The notes beneath the pieces were generated by a model. That model was not told the DNA's origin and made no database searches. It saw nothing but the letters and a program-made list of their open reading frames with translations. From the human T2T-CHM13v2.0 reference genome, Homo sapiens, in the NCBI RefSeq assembly GCF_009914755.1, contig NC_060937.1: DNA of 64,000 nt; one strand, 5' to 3'. Below are positions 1 to 14,452 of the stretch, piece by piece (the first letter of the stretch is position 1; each line of letters opens with the position of its first letter). The position numbers and the translations under genes were made by a program.

Positions 1-600
1 TGAATTCTTTTTCTCAGCAAGGAACATCCCTGAGAAAGAGAATGTGTCCCTGAGGGGAGGCCTCTGAAATGGCCGCTTTGGGGATGGCTGTCTTTTACGG
101 TTGTAGCAGAGGGATGAAATAAGCCCCGGTCTCCCACAGCACTCCCAGGCTTATTAGGACGAGGAAATTCCCGCCTAATAAATTTTGGTCAGACCGGTTG
201 TCTGCTCTCAAACCCTGTTTCCTGATAAGATGTTATCAATGACAATGGGTGCCCAAAACTTCATTAGCAATTTTAATTTCGCCCCAGTCCTGTGGTCCTG
301 TGATCTCGCCCTGCCTCCATTTACCTTGTGATATTTTATTACCTTGTGAAGCATGTGATTTCTGTGACCCACACCCTATTTGTACACTCCCTCCCCTTTT
401 GAAAATCACTAATAAAAACTTGCTGGTTTTACGGCTCAGGGGGCATCACAGAACCTGCTGACATGTGATGTCTCCCCCAGACACCCAGCTTTAAATTTTC
501 TCTCTTTTGTACTCTGTCCCTTTATTTCTCAGACCGGCCGACTCTTAGGGAAATTAGAAAAGAACCTACGTGAAATATCGGGGGTGAATTTCACCTGATA
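1..600 (+). mobile_element. MER11 LTR (HERV-K HML-8 family), 3' part; runs off the left edge
   Basis: Recognised MER11 segments (TGAATTCTTTTTCTCAGCAAGGAACATCCCTGAG; GGAAATTCCCGCCTAATAAATTTTGGTCAGACCGG). AATAAA at 411-416. LTR end ...CCTGATA at 600. Confidence 0.9.
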
Positions 601-1569
601 GTTCAAGGCCCAGAAAAGTTCTCTGAATCATTAAGGAACTGTGACCGTAAATTCAATATAATTTCAGACTTGCGTAGGGTTTATTTTTCTCTTATGGAAA
701 TGGCAATCAGGGCATCTATGACAGGCATGCTCCACCTTTCTCCACTTTCCGTATGGCCTTTCTACTCATTTTGTTCCCCTAATTAACATCCTTAATTTAG
801 TTCTTATCACTTGTATTTGTTTGTTTCATAGCTTCCTGCTGTGTTCTTTTAAAACTCTGGCCAAATGATTTGGTGATCGTTTTTTATGTTTTTTATTTAA
901 GAGTAATAAACTGCTATAAAACAAAGTAACAAAGCTAGTGCTGAGATTGCATTCGTAGAAGTCTACCACCTAGATCATAAACGTGGTAGGACCCACAGTG
1001 CCCTGAAGGGGTGAGACTGGGAATCAGTTGTTTCCTGGTTTTAAGAAGAGAAATAAAAGGAATATGTTCAGAAAATGTTTATCAGGAGAGTGAAAGTTCC
1101 AATGTCATGTTTTTGGAGTAAAGTGTTGACAAAACTAAAAATATTTACACTGAAAAAGAAATAACTCAAGAGAAATAGGACAAATTTGTTCAAGTATCCC
1201 TTACCACGTGGAAAGGGTGTTGAGTACAAAGGTATATTATGCGTACTATAAAGAGCAGGTCGATGTTTCCGAGAAGGAACATCTTCACTCAGTCATCAGA
1301 AGCTGCCATGGAACATCCTCACGTCTGCCACGCACTCTCTCATGCCAACGCTGGCTGTGTCTAAGCAAGAGGAAGGGGCAGACACCAGCTGGACCAGATA
1401 ATTTTACAGATGCTGCCTAGTGCTCAACATTGTTTAAGTCCAAAAATGAAAGCACTCTTTTAGCTGTGGATCTGATGTTCCCATGTCTCCCAGAGTAGCT
1501 TAATAGCATGTACTTGTCTCCTGTGCCTGTTAGCATAGACTGAACGGGGTTGATATTAGAATGTGTTAG

Positions 1570-2664
1570 ATTATGTCAGTGTTCAAAAGCTGCAGTAGCA
1601 AATGAACACCAGTGTGGTGGCTGGAAACAACATAAATTAATTGTCTCACAGTTCTGGAGGTTAGAAGTCTGGAATTCAGGTGTCTGTAGACGCACGAGCT
1701 CTTGACCTCTCTGGGGGGACCTCCCCTGCCCATTCCTAGCTCTGATGGTTGCTGCTGATCTTTAGTGTTCCTTGGCTTGGAGATGCATTGCTCCAGTCTC
1801 TGCCTCTATTGACTCATGACCTTCTCCCTGTGCCTCTTCTCTTCTCCAAAGGACACTGGTCACATTGGATTAGGACACACCCTACTCCAGTATGACCTTA
1901 TTGTAACTTGAGTACAGTAGTTTCACCCTAAACTAAGGTTTTGCTTTCTATGGTTTCAGTTACCGGAGTTCAACTGTGGTCCAAAAATTTTAAATAGAAA
2001 ATTCTCAAAACAAACAGTTCATAAGTTTTCAATTGCATGTTATTCTGAGTAACGTGATGAAATCTCCTGCCCTCTGGCTCCATCCAGCCTGGAAAGTGAA
2101 TCACCCCTTTGTTCAGTGTATCCACGATGTCTCCGCTACCCACCTGTTAATCACTTAGAAGCTCTCTCAGTTATCAGATGGTGCCAGTTTCCTGGCTTGT
2201 GTTCAAGTAACTCTTATTTTACTTAATAATGGCCTCAGCTTCCTTTTAATGAAAAGGTGAAAGTTCTCAACTTAATAAGGAAAGAAAACAAATTGTATGC
2301 TGAGGTTGCTAAGATCCATGGTAGGAAACAATCTCCTACCCCTGGAATTGCGAACAGCATATTGTTATAATTATTCTGTTGCATTATTAGTTGCTGTGTT
2401 AATTTCTTGCTGTGCCTAATTTATAAATTAAATTTTATCATAGATGTGTATGTATAGGAAAAACATCATGTATACAGGGTTTGGTACTATCCTCAGTTTC
2501 AGGGGTCCACTGGGGATCTTAGAATGTATCCACTGAAGGTAAAGGGTGACTACTGTATCTCTGTATTGATGCTATTCCCAAAGAAGGTTACATTCCAAGG
2601 TATTGAGGATGAAGACTTCAATATGTATATGTATTTTTTGTAGGGCAAAATCCATCCTGCAACA
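1570..2664 (-). mobile_element. MLT1-family MaLR LTR interrupted by MER44
   Basis: TCTCACAGTTCTGGAGG.TAGAAGTC and CATTGGATTAGG..CAC.CTACTCCAGTATGACCT segments; the element resumes after 2557. Ends approximate. Confidence 0.75.
1915..2555. mobile_element. MER44-type TcMar-Tigger DNA transposon remnant nested in MLT1
   Basis: TIRs CAGTAG(TT)TCACCCT / AGGGTGACTACTG, with TA target duplication at 1913-1914 and 2556-2557. Confidence 0.85.
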
Positions 2665-3656
2665 AAGAGTAACAGAGATCTATTGTATGAATTTTTACTT
2701 TAAAATGATTTTCAGTTTAAGAATGAAATCATCACTGCTCAAAAAAATAGGCACTGAACACTTTAAGAAGCTATCAGTAAATACTTTTGTTATACGTTAG
2801 TGATACTTTTAAATAATTCCATCTGCTGCCAAGACTCTTATGAAAGAAAAATGAAAAAACACATTAACTTTAACTACTTAACATACATTTTAAAGAGAGC
2901 TGAGTCATTTAAGTCAGTCCCCTGTAAAAGCATTCTGAATTGTAAATGTTCACTAAAATAGTTAATCAAATTGGAGTGAGGCTGCTCTATCTCAAACCAG
3001 GTCAAATAAGTGTTGATTACAGATTGAGTTTATACTTTATGGTGGATTGTTTTTCTTTAAATTATCAGCATTTAGGAAATAGTTGTTACCATTTTATTGG
3101 ACAGGGAGTATCATCATACTAATTTGAAGGTTGATAGGTGCTGTTACTTTCATTGTTACTATTAGTTACACTTTTATAATTTAATGTCAATCTTTCATCA
3201 GCAATGTAACCACAGATCATAGTATAAAAAATACCAGGCTCAGCTTTATGAAACATGAGCTGTATATAAGTAAGGACTTTCTTGTTTGGGGGAAAATGTA
3301 ATTTATAAATAACATTCTAGTCTGGCTTCTAGTCCAGTATTTTCCCCGATCTGATTATTTATTTTAGAATATAATTATTTAGGTTCACTGGTGCAAGTGC
3401 CACTCTCCCTCAGGATTGAGTGACTTATAAAACATCGTACTATCATCGCACAGACAAGTTTATAAAAAGTTACTGTATAAGTAAAAGGAAAACTTTGCCA
3501 ACAATGACTTAGTTTTAGCCATACAGTACCTTTTATTTGAGACTCGAGGTAATTTGCTAATACATTGCCTGAATCCCTACAAATTTGTATTTTTCATCTG
3601 AGCATGCAAAGAGGTTTACATTGTGTGACATACAAGTCAGTTTATGATATTAATGG

Positions 3657-3932
3657 CATATTCATGTATGTTTTCCAAAAAGTTTTGGTCCTGAAAATAT
3701 GTGTTTACAGATTATATGTAACATAACATGCAATAAAGTATTTTGTAGGGCTATACGGTTTTTGTTCATTATGAAAAAAAGTGGGGAAATAAACTTTCTT
3801 CTCCTTCAAGAAAAAAAAAGTTCCTGCCCTTGTCTTTCCCATTGACTTCCAGAAACTTCCAACACCCACTCTCATCCTGTTGCATCCATCCCCTTATGGA
3901 TACATGACCACTTAGGGCCTGTTCCTGGAAAG
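3657..3932 (+). repeat. Inverted duplication IR1, left arm
   Basis: Reverse complement of 6161-6439; ~85% identity by hand alignment. Confidence 0.93.
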
Positions 3933-4847
3933 GGAATGACAATTCTTTCTCTTCTACACAAGATCGTTCCTTGTCTTTTAAGGGTACTATAAAGTTTTCA
4001 TTCACTTTAGAGTGTACGCAGTTTTTTATATAGTACACAAAACTGTCTCACCAAACATACGCAGATAAAGTAAAATAATATACTGTCTTCATTCTTATCA
4101 AGTAATCACTTTATTTTTTTCGATCTTCAAAAATATGTGATAGCAAGATTTTTAATTAGCTCTTTCTTTTTCTAATTTACTCGCAAGTCACCTGTTTTCT
4201 GGGAGCAACAAATCAAGTTGTAAAACCATCTTCATACAAGGTAGCTGGGCACATGGAAAAGGGCCTTCTAGATCGAACTGCAGGTTGGCCATCGGTTTGT
4301 AAACTCAGGTGAATAGGTGAATGTCACTGATTCTCTTTACCCTGTTATAAAACTAGGGGACCAGACTCCATGGTCTCCTGTGTTCCTTTCAGCTGCTTTT
4401 CAGGTAATTGGAAATAAACCACTTTTGAAGTTGACTATTTCTAGTATCATGATGGAGCTATTAATGGTTTAATCGGGCTGCCTCTGCAAAGGAGCCAGTG
4501 CTAATAAAGGGTTGCCAAGAACACTGGCCTCGGTGCGTCTTCATGAATCTTATTTGGCTGAGGGGGATTGTGAAAAGAGCATAGGACCAGCCATGTCCCA
4601 AATCTCACTTAGCAGCTAGATATTCAAAATGGAGTCATTCTGTTTATCCAAGGTAAATCTTAGCTATTGACCAGATAAGTTCTCAGACAATAAAATGATC
4701 TCCTCTTCTGGAATATTGATTATTGAAGAGAATTCTGTTCACCAAAAACAGGTTGAAGGACTTTTAGAAGGTCACCAGGAAATACAGTATTTTATGGTCT
4801 CATATGGCTACTGTGGGTTAGGGGATGGTTTCTTTTGATGATATTGT

Positions 4848-4913
4848 TTCCTTTTCTTACACTTTCCTCAAGAGCTTACTTTTCTTTTCTTAAACTTTCC
4901 TCAAGAGCTTACT
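4848..4913. repeat. 33-bp tandem duplication (2 copies)
   Basis: ...ACTTTCCTCAAGAGCTTACT occurs twice with period 33 and 2 mismatches. Confidence 0.85.
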
Positions 4914-5084
4914 TGTAAAGGACTGGAAGACATAGAGAGTCCATAAGGCCATGCTTTTAACTGCACCCAGAATGTGCAGAGGGCCAAATTCATCACCATC
5001 AGCAAGCATTCGGCAAGCTCAAAAGGCAGATATTTGCTTGACTCGAAGCTCTGATTTCCCTCTGTAGTCCTTACGAGCCACAAG

Positions 5085-5200
5085 GCCTGGGGTTGAGTCC
5101 TGGCTCATTTACTTTGTGCCCGCTGGCCTTGGGCAGCTCACTGGATCTTCCATGCCTCATTTTCTTCTTCTGTCCAAGGGGGATAACCATCACCCCAAAC
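5085..5200. mobile_element. MIR fragment
   Basis: CCTGGGGTTGAGTCCTGGCTC...CTTGGGCAG...GCCTCATTTTC..CTGT..A.GGGGATAA core. Confidence 0.6.
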
Positions 5201-6160
5201 TCTTAGCGTTCCCATGAATATTCAGTATGTTAACATTGCTCTTTAAATCACTCACTGTTTTCTTTTTCTTTCACTTTTATTTCAAGTCTTAGGTTCTCCC
5301 ATTCCCAGAAATAAGTGGGAGGAACTCAAAAGGGAGGGATGTCCAGAGTCCCCCTGAGGAATGTCGAGAATACTTGCCTTTTGATGTTTGTGCCCTGAAG
5401 GTATCCAAGGGTATTTAAGTTGAAATTGAAATTTACTAACAATAAAAAATATCTTCCAGTAAATATAGCAAGGCTATGTGTTCTATTTAGGAAATTTAAA
5501 CCTTAAAATTACTGCAAATGAAATGGAAAATATATTAAGGCCTTTGCTTTGTGTTTTTTTCCCCAAATCCTGATGTTAAATAAACTAGAGGCGTAATAAC
5601 AGATGAATAATCATCTTTGTTACCATCATCAATTAGTCTTAGAATTATATACTTAGCAGGACATTCTTTTAAAAGTTTTGAAATGCTTTAGTTGATCTTA
5701 TGTGAAGAGCAGCATCCTTTATTGCAAACAGCCTGGGCTTAGGAGACAAGACAGTTGGGCTTAAATGTGAAAAGGCCTGCAACAGAATTTAAATGAGGCA
5801 ATGTTAGAAGGACACTAGAATAGTGTATGGTACACGGTAGGTGCTTTAAGTGGTAGCATCTTCCTCTTGGAGTCCAGAGGGGCCTTGGGACACTTGCGTC
5901 TTTTCTTCTTCATGTTACTGATAGGAAAAATGAAGCCCAGAGGGCTGCAGGGATTGGCAGCATCAGACTCCAGAGTAGGATCCGTCATTTGACTCCTGTG
6001 GGAGGCACTTTCACTTAGGTTATACCACCAAAGTGATGACCACCTTGATCATGAATAATGAGATGGAAAGAAATGCATAGTTGTGAAAGAGAAAATATTT
6101 GGCTATCCGAATTCGTTGATAGTATGTTTTTGGTGCTTGCTAATTGAAGGCATGACAATA

Positions 6161-6439
6161 CTTTCTGGAAACAGGCCCTAAGTGGTCATGTACCCATAAC
6201 TAGATGGGTGAGACATGGTGAGAGTGGGTGTTGGAAATTTCTGGAAGTCAATGGGAAGAACAAAGGCGGGAATTTTTCTTTCTTGAAAGAGCGAAGTTTA
6301 TTTCCACCACTTTTTTTTTATATAATGAACAAAAGCTGTATAGCCCTATGAAATACTTTATTGCATTTTATGTTACATGTAATCTGCAAACATATATATT
6401 TTTCAACACCAAAACTTTTTGGAACGCATATATGAATAT
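6161..6439 (-). repeat. Inverted duplication IR1, right arm
   Basis: For example, ACAGGCCCTAAGTGGTCATGTA pairs with TACATGACCACTTAGGGCCTGT at 3901-3922. Confidence 0.93.
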
Positions 6440-7805
6440 ATGGACACTTGTAGAGAATTATAAGCATGTTTCTAGTCAAAAGTATTTCTGACATAAAAGA
6501 GCTTTTAAAACATACAAGTCTTGAGAAGTCAGGAGCTCAGTTAGTAGAATGTTTCTTTTTATGTATGAACACTTACATGAATGCGTCCTGAAACCTTTTT
6601 AACTTAGAAGCCCATCATACTCCTTCCATTTTTACCGTTTCATTTCAGACACAACAGAAAGATCTGCATTTCTCCATTTGAAAGAATATTAGAGTTTTAT
6701 GGCAATTTGAATTTTGGGCTGTCTTGTGTTTGCTTCCATCTAAAAGCTCACTCAAGATGTATACATATTTTGAAACCCTGCTGATCAGAATTCCACTAAT
6801 CCACAGCAATTTTATTCACTGCTGGAGATGAGCTAACCAGGTTGATTAATAATTACACTGTTTTTGAATTTAGATGAAATGTATTGAAGTGACTCCATGA
6901 TGTGGAATTTGATTAGTTTTGAATACTGCTTCAATCAGGGCTTGCATATTGGCTGGGATAGATGGGGGTTAGCCAACCATTTCTCCAAGAACAAGATGAC
7001 TATTCATTCTCCCTTCTCATCTGATATTTCATGCCTAAAGGCTAGAAAAAATGGAAGATAATTTCATTTAAAATGTCTTTAGGTTTTTAAAAAATATCCT
7101 CTTAAGTAGTAAATTAATTCAAGATGAATATTATTAATATTAAACAGAAAATGTTTTCAGCAAAGAATTTAAGGGGGAAAAAAGAAAAAAATATTTAAAA
7201 CTTAACTTGAAATTGCCACCTAATTGATTCTCATAGAGACCTGTGCACACACATTCAAGCACACATGCTCATCCACTGAGGTTTACTGCTAATTCAGGGC
7301 TCCACACCACCCCCATTCTAATTTTACCATCACCTTTGGGCTTTACTGTCACCAATGAAAGGAATATTTTGAAAGACCTTTTCTTTATGCACTCCAGGCA
7401 ACTTTTCCCAAAGTTGTCTCTTTATACAACTTTTCTTACTAAGGGATATTAATTTTGAAATTTTTAAAAACTGTGATATCTGATTAGCTAAATTGACCAC
7501 TTACTAAATGCATTGGAAGGCATTGTAAATAGTGGTTCTAGTTGTTAGAACAGATTTGCTGTAGACAATTAAATTGGGAGACATCACATTTTTGCTTTTA
7601 GTGCTGGACTTTAGAATAATTCTTAGCAAATTCATTACATGAGTTTTTTTAAAGTTCAAATGTATGAGATAATTATAACCATTTATTTGCCTTTCTAAGA
7701 ACTGCCATTCTTTAACACCCCTCACCCAAATAATATTGACAATGGATTCTTACTTCAAAGAGGAAAACTGTAATAATTCACATTTATATTTAAAATTGAA
7801 ATGCA

Positions 7806-8157
<352 letters not shown>

Positions 8158-9073
8158 TCATAATGATAAAAATAAACCTATATTAATATTTCAAATGCTC
8201 CAGAAACAATGAAATTTTCAGCATGCCAAACATACAGTCATAATTTTGACCAACGCTAGCTTCTGAATTGCTGATCTTCATATGTAAAGCAAAATTGAGG
8301 CTGTGATTACCATATTGCATCTTTTTGGCATTGTTAATCAACTACTATCAAATAAATTTCAACACCTTGTATTTATGCATTGGGTTATATTTTATTTTAT
8401 TTTGTAAAGTTTTGAAAACAGAGGACTAAATAAACATCAGCTAGTAGTCCTATTACCGCACATGTGTGGTGAGAATAAAAGGAGAAGATGACTACACACT
8501 GTTCACACTGGACATGTGTTACTTAATAGACACCTCATCTACCTCATCCTCAAATACATTATGTGTATTAAACTATATCTGTGTGAATTCAAATTGCATT
8601 TTCCTTTGCTGCAGTGGGTTTCCTCCAGTGTTTCTGGCAGTGAGGGACCATGGTCTGTCTCCCTGGGCCTTCATAGTGCAGCCATATATAATTCTGATCT
8701 AGTTGCTGGGAATGCTTATCAGTGCCTTTAGTGGGGCACTTTTTCAACAGTGTAAGTTAATATCCATCATACCAACATGGCCGGGACTCTCAAACAGTGG
8801 GATATTAATGAGGAAAATTCCAAAGCTTATTTCAAAGCTTTTGTTACAGACAAGAGCAAATCTTGTTTCAAATTACATTTGTGCACCAAGTTCTTTGTTG
8901 GATATGGGACAAGGAAGGATGTCCCCTTAAACCATGTCTTTTCAGCATCGTATTGAAAGTCCTAGCTAATGCAAAAAGACAATAAAATAAAATGTAAATA
9001 GATGGGAAAGGGAGAACTCAACAGTCCTTGTATCTCTTGTAATTAATTAATATGTGTTAATTTATGGAAATGA

Positions 9074-9268
<195 letters not shown>

Positions 9269-10147
9269 TGAGTGACTAAGTATTTTGTATCTAAAAGCTA
9301 TGCCTTCAAATTGTGATTGCAATTTGGTAGTCTTAAATTATCTTCTTACTTTTCAGAGACAAAATGGTGAGTAAAAGATAACTGTTGGATACTGTTAGGT
9401 TGAAACCATCCACATAACAAGGTTCCCACTGTTTCTTGAATGGGTGAAGTTGTATGTGTGTGAACAAACTTATATTTTACTAGTTTTCAGATCAGAAAAA
9501 AACTTGTGCATATATAAACTCCTATACTCCTTTTAAGTATTTTGGCTATAACATGAGTTATGCACTCCTAATCCATGGCCCTGTTTTGAGATAATGGGCA
9601 ATGTTATTTGAGTAAGTATGATTATTCATTGGTGTTGGATGAAGGTACATCATGGATTAAGATGCACAGCACACATAACCTCAGGGGCTGATTTCCTTTA
9701 ATGAAAGCAGAAAGCACTTGTGTTAAAATTAGGATGCCTTGGTCATAGGAGAATGATGGGAGTGACAGGCTGTATAGACAGTGAGTGAAGAATGTATTCT
9801 CAATGTTTGCACTTCTGCTAACTGCCTGGTTTAGTGTGTCTCTGCCACAGGGATGGGTCCAGATTTGCATTAGGATGAGAACAAGAAACAATATGGGAAA
9901 TGAATCCTGTTCTGAAGAGAAGTTGGTGCGAAAAGAGCACAAGAGAGAATTGGATTCTGATCCAAACTCAATTCAGTGGCGGTGGGGGGCGGTGGTGGGA
10001 ACTAGACTCTGAGGACATGTGGATTGACTTCAGATACCTGCTGATACCTGATTTATGGCTTATTGGGTGTTTATTATTAGATCTAGGGGAACGGTGTGAG
10101 TTTGCACAATTTTAGGAGAACTTTTGTGAGAAAAAGGATGCTATAGG

Positions 10148-10153
<6 letters not shown>

Positions 10154-10200
<47 letters not shown>
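10154..10200. repeat. (CA)n(GA)n compound microsatellite
   Basis: Seen directly. Confidence 0.95.
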
Positions 10201-10201
<1 letters not shown>

Positions 10202-10389
10202 AGGGTTGCTTCACTCACCTTCATGTAGTCAAGACAGTGGTTAAGGCCAAGTGCTTACTGAGAGAACAAATTGGCGGGGGGCAACTTCCCCAGCAAGCCC
10301 GCCTCTTGAGTACACACATAGGCTGCTTTAAGCCTGCAAAAAAAATCTCCAGTTCTCTCTGCTTTGCTGTGCTATTTCCCCATCTGAAG

Positions 10390-11200
10390 CCATTATATTC
10401 TGGTTGGGGAGATATTAATAAACAGGTTGGTAATAGTTGAGGTGATATGATGAAAAATAAATGAGGGTTGGGGAACAGAGGAGCAGGTGGGTGTCCTGCT
10501 TTTAGATACGTTAATCGAGAGCCTCCTACCAGGTAGTACCTGTGGTAGAGACACCAGAGAGGGCCGTTCACAGATCTGATGTGGTGTCCAAGGGAGATGG
10601 AAGTGTACAAGGGGCCTGAGGAAACATACTCAATGTTTGAGGGACAACATGAAGGCCAGGATCTCAGATTAGAGTTGTATGGGAAAGAGGGAGGGTAATA
10701 GAGACAACATGAAAAGAACAGCCATGGTCAGAAATTTAGATTTCCTTCAGAGTTGTCTGGAAGTGATTGGGGGTTTTGAGTATGCAAGAGAATTGGTTTT
10801 CACTTCGAAGGTGATTTGCATCTGTGGAGATGTCCCTATGGTATTCCCAGCTGGAACCAGAGAGCTAAATTCCTGGTATGGTAGTGGGGAGGTGGTGTTA
10901 GCACTCATGGTAATGGTGGTGCAGGCGATGAGGAATGGGAAAACATGGGTTATGCTCTGAAGGTAGGAAGGTCGGGATTGAAGGATGCACTGAACAAGGG
11001 ATATGAGGTAAAGAGATCAAGAATGATTCCTGTGGCTGTGGCCTGAGCAACACATGGTGTTATTGTGCCATTTACCTCGTGACAAGGCTAGGAGGGAACC
11101 AGGGTGCTGGGGAGGAGAAGAGTGGCCAGAGAACCAGTCCTGCTGGTTTTAAGACAGCAAGGTGGAGATGCAGGAGTGTCAGCAGGGTACTGGAGAGAGG
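10390..11200 (-). mobile_element. L2 fragment
   Basis: Purine-rich degenerate L2 antisense segments (e.g. GATCAAGAATGATTCC...GGCCTGAGCAAC...GTGCCATTTAC). Ends approximate. Confidence 0.6.
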
Positions 11201-12803
11201 AGGGACTTTCCAGTGTGATGGAGCCAATGTGAGGCTGAACTCCTAGAACTGCTTGGAGAAATTACAGGACAACCTCTGTCCCGCCACTGCTGTGAGGGGT
11301 GAGTGATAGTGCAGGTGGGCTCAGAGGAAGAGAATGAATTGGCCTAATTTACAATCACATTACTAATTATTATCATTAAATTTCAGTGAAGACATCCAGG
11401 GCTATGGATATGGTTTGTCATGTTGTGTAGGTAGAAAGTAGTCAGGAAGTGTAAAAGGCCTTATCAAAATTGTGTTTTATTTACAAAGAAAGACTGTTTT
11501 AGGGTTTTCTGTTCCCAAAATACAATAGAAGTTTAGAAGAAAAAGCTAATATTAAAGTATGGTAACCCAGGCAAAAGTGATAGAAATATAAAAATTCCAA
11601 GCTTCTAGGACATTAGAAATATTTTAAATCAAATCCCTTTATATTATAAAGGAGGAAATCAAAGCCAGAGACATGAAGAAGCTTGTACTCAAGTGAATAC
11701 CTTTTATGCAGCAGCAGTATTGACAAAACCCACCACCTGAGATTAACTTTGTGATTTTCTACCTTGAACATCGCTAATTGAACATGTTGACCCTGGGGGG
11801 AAGCACCTAACTGGATTCTGGGGATTGCATGTTGAGAGATAGCCTGTGAGGAAGAGAAGAGTTTTGGGTTTCTCTGCTCCCAATCCTTCTAACGAGCAAC
11901 AGCTCAAAGCCTCAAGCAGATACGTAGCTTAGAGTGCATCTGTGTCTATGTGTGTGTGTCTGTGTGTGTGCACGTGGGTATGTGCTTGGCATTGCAGACG
12001 TATGGCCACTGATGAAGAAAAAGGAATAATGTAACCTATAATTTAAATAAACAATTTAACTTCTTGATCTGTGGTTTGGATGAGTCTGTTGAAGTGTGTG
12101 AGTGTGTGGGAGAAAACAAGGATTTCTGTATTGAGCTTCAATTCTGACATTCATTTCTCTTTGCAAAAAAGAGTTTGGAGTCACTTAGGCTATTTAGAAA
12201 GTCAAACAGTCAGGGGTGACTTTATGAGGAGTTCCAACAGGAAAGAACTTAGGAAGATCGTGAATAATTCAATTCTCTTGGACAAAGCAGTTATTTTATT
12301 GAAATGTATCATAAGTATCTAATGGGTGCAAAACAACATTTTCCATGAAAATATTCACCACCCACCACCCTCCAGATTCATGAATACATCAGTTGGAGCA
12401 TTTGTACAATGACAATTTCACAGGAAAACTTTAACGGTAAAGCAAGCTGTTTTTCAAGTTATAACATAGTATGTATACAGTATTTTTTGTTGTTTATGTT
12501 ATACAGGTCTTCTCACATTTATAATGTTGGTGGATCTTCTCACTTTTGCAATGTCGGTTGGGTTTGAGAAGTTCATATTTGTTTAATGTTTAAATTTAGG
12601 TTGGTATCTAATCTTTATTTGGTAATTATGAGTATTAAGTTCCATAGTTTTGGAAACTGTTTGGCTTGTTCACAATTAGAAATGTAAACCTGAATTTGCG
12701 AGCTTTCTAACCTTTCACAAACTGATGGTCTTCTGAATCCCTTCCTTAAAATTGGTACCCATAGGTAAAGGATATTGCTATTTGTAAAATGCTCAATACC
12801 ATA

Positions 12804-13167
12804 TGTTAAAGCAAACTAAATATGGCTGGAGGAGGACTCCGTGCTTCTGTATTTGAGTCCTTGTGGACGAACTATAACCTAGCTTAATAGGCAGACAAGA
12901 CTGAAAACCCAACTTAGGTGTATGTGCCTGTAACAATAGCTGAGTCTTGGCCAATCCCAGCGGCCATACTTCAACCACTGATAGACTGCTGAGTGTTCAG
13001 TTGTTCAAATAGAGCAAACACCAACCTGTAACCAATCCAGCTGTTTCTATACCTCACTGCCGATTTCTTTATGGCACTTCCCTTTTTTTGTCTATAAATT
13101 TGTTCTGACCACGAGGCATCCCTGGAGTCTCTCTGAATCTGCTGTGATTCTGGGGGCTGCCTGATTC
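12804..13167 (+). mobile_element. MER57-type ERV1 LTR, 3'-truncated
   Basis: Starts TGTTAAAGCAAACTAAATATGG...GGACTCCGT.CTTCT.TATTTGAGTCCTTGTGGACGAAC. CCAAT boxes and TATAAA present. Ends abruptly at an AT-rich array. Confidence 0.8.
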
Positions 13168-13171
13168 TACA

Positions 13172-13403
13172 TATATGTAGTATATCTACTATTATTAAGT
13201 AGATAATTATATCTACTATTGTTAATAATTAGTGTATTTACTATTGTTAATATATGTATTATATATACTATATTATATGTAGTATATCTACTATTATTAA
13301 GTAGATAATTATATCTACTATTGTTAATAATTACTGTATCTACTATTGTTAATATATGTATTATATATACTATATTATATGTAGTATATCTACTATTATT
13401 AAG
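13172..13403. repeat. AT-rich 102-bp tandem repeat, ~2.3 copies
   Basis: TATATCTACTATTATTAAG recurs at 13181, 13283 and 13385. Confidence 0.9.
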
Positions 13404-13667
13404 AATGGCATTATTATTGTCACATCTTCTTGTCTGATTTTTTTCAAAATAATATTGCTATTCCTATGATGTAGAATAAACCAGCCTACATGTGACCACA
13501 TGAACACAGCATCTCTTTGCTCACTCACTTATCCCACAGTGTAGCTTTTAGTGGAATTTGGATGAAGTACACTAAGTCCTAAAGCAAACACTACAAAACT
13601 TACAAGACTTCTTCCTTCAAATTCATTCTCTCTCTTCTTCCTTCATAGCAACTCACTAGATACATGA

Positions 13668-14084
<417 letters not shown>

Positions 14085-14437
14085 TAAAGCTACAAAAGTG
14101 CTGTTTAGCTTTGACTCTGTTTTTAGAACTAAAAATGTTGAAAGTATCACATGAGAATTTATGGAGGTTTATTTCAGCATAAAATGAATGTAAAACTACT
14201 TTCCTGTTTGTAACATAGGAATGATATCTAGAAACAGCAGATAGGACGTGTGCCTAACTTTAGAATATAAGTGATACAGATATAGACATCACCTCCTAAG
14301 GCTTAGCTGCATGAAAACAGTATTTATAACACTTTGCATAAGCATCTTCCTCCACAGATTATTAAAACAACAAGAAAAAAAGTCTGTAGGTTTCTATATT
14401 TTGAGCTGTGGCAGTAAGACTGCACGGATCTGGAATT

Positions 14438-14452
14438 CCACAAGATGGCGAG
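14438..14452 (+). promoter_or_regulatory. CTCF-like core motif (overlaps YY1-like CAAGATGGCG)
   Basis: CCACAAGATGGCGAG versus consensus CCASYAGRKGGCRS; TGCA 17 bp upstream. Confidence 0.5.
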
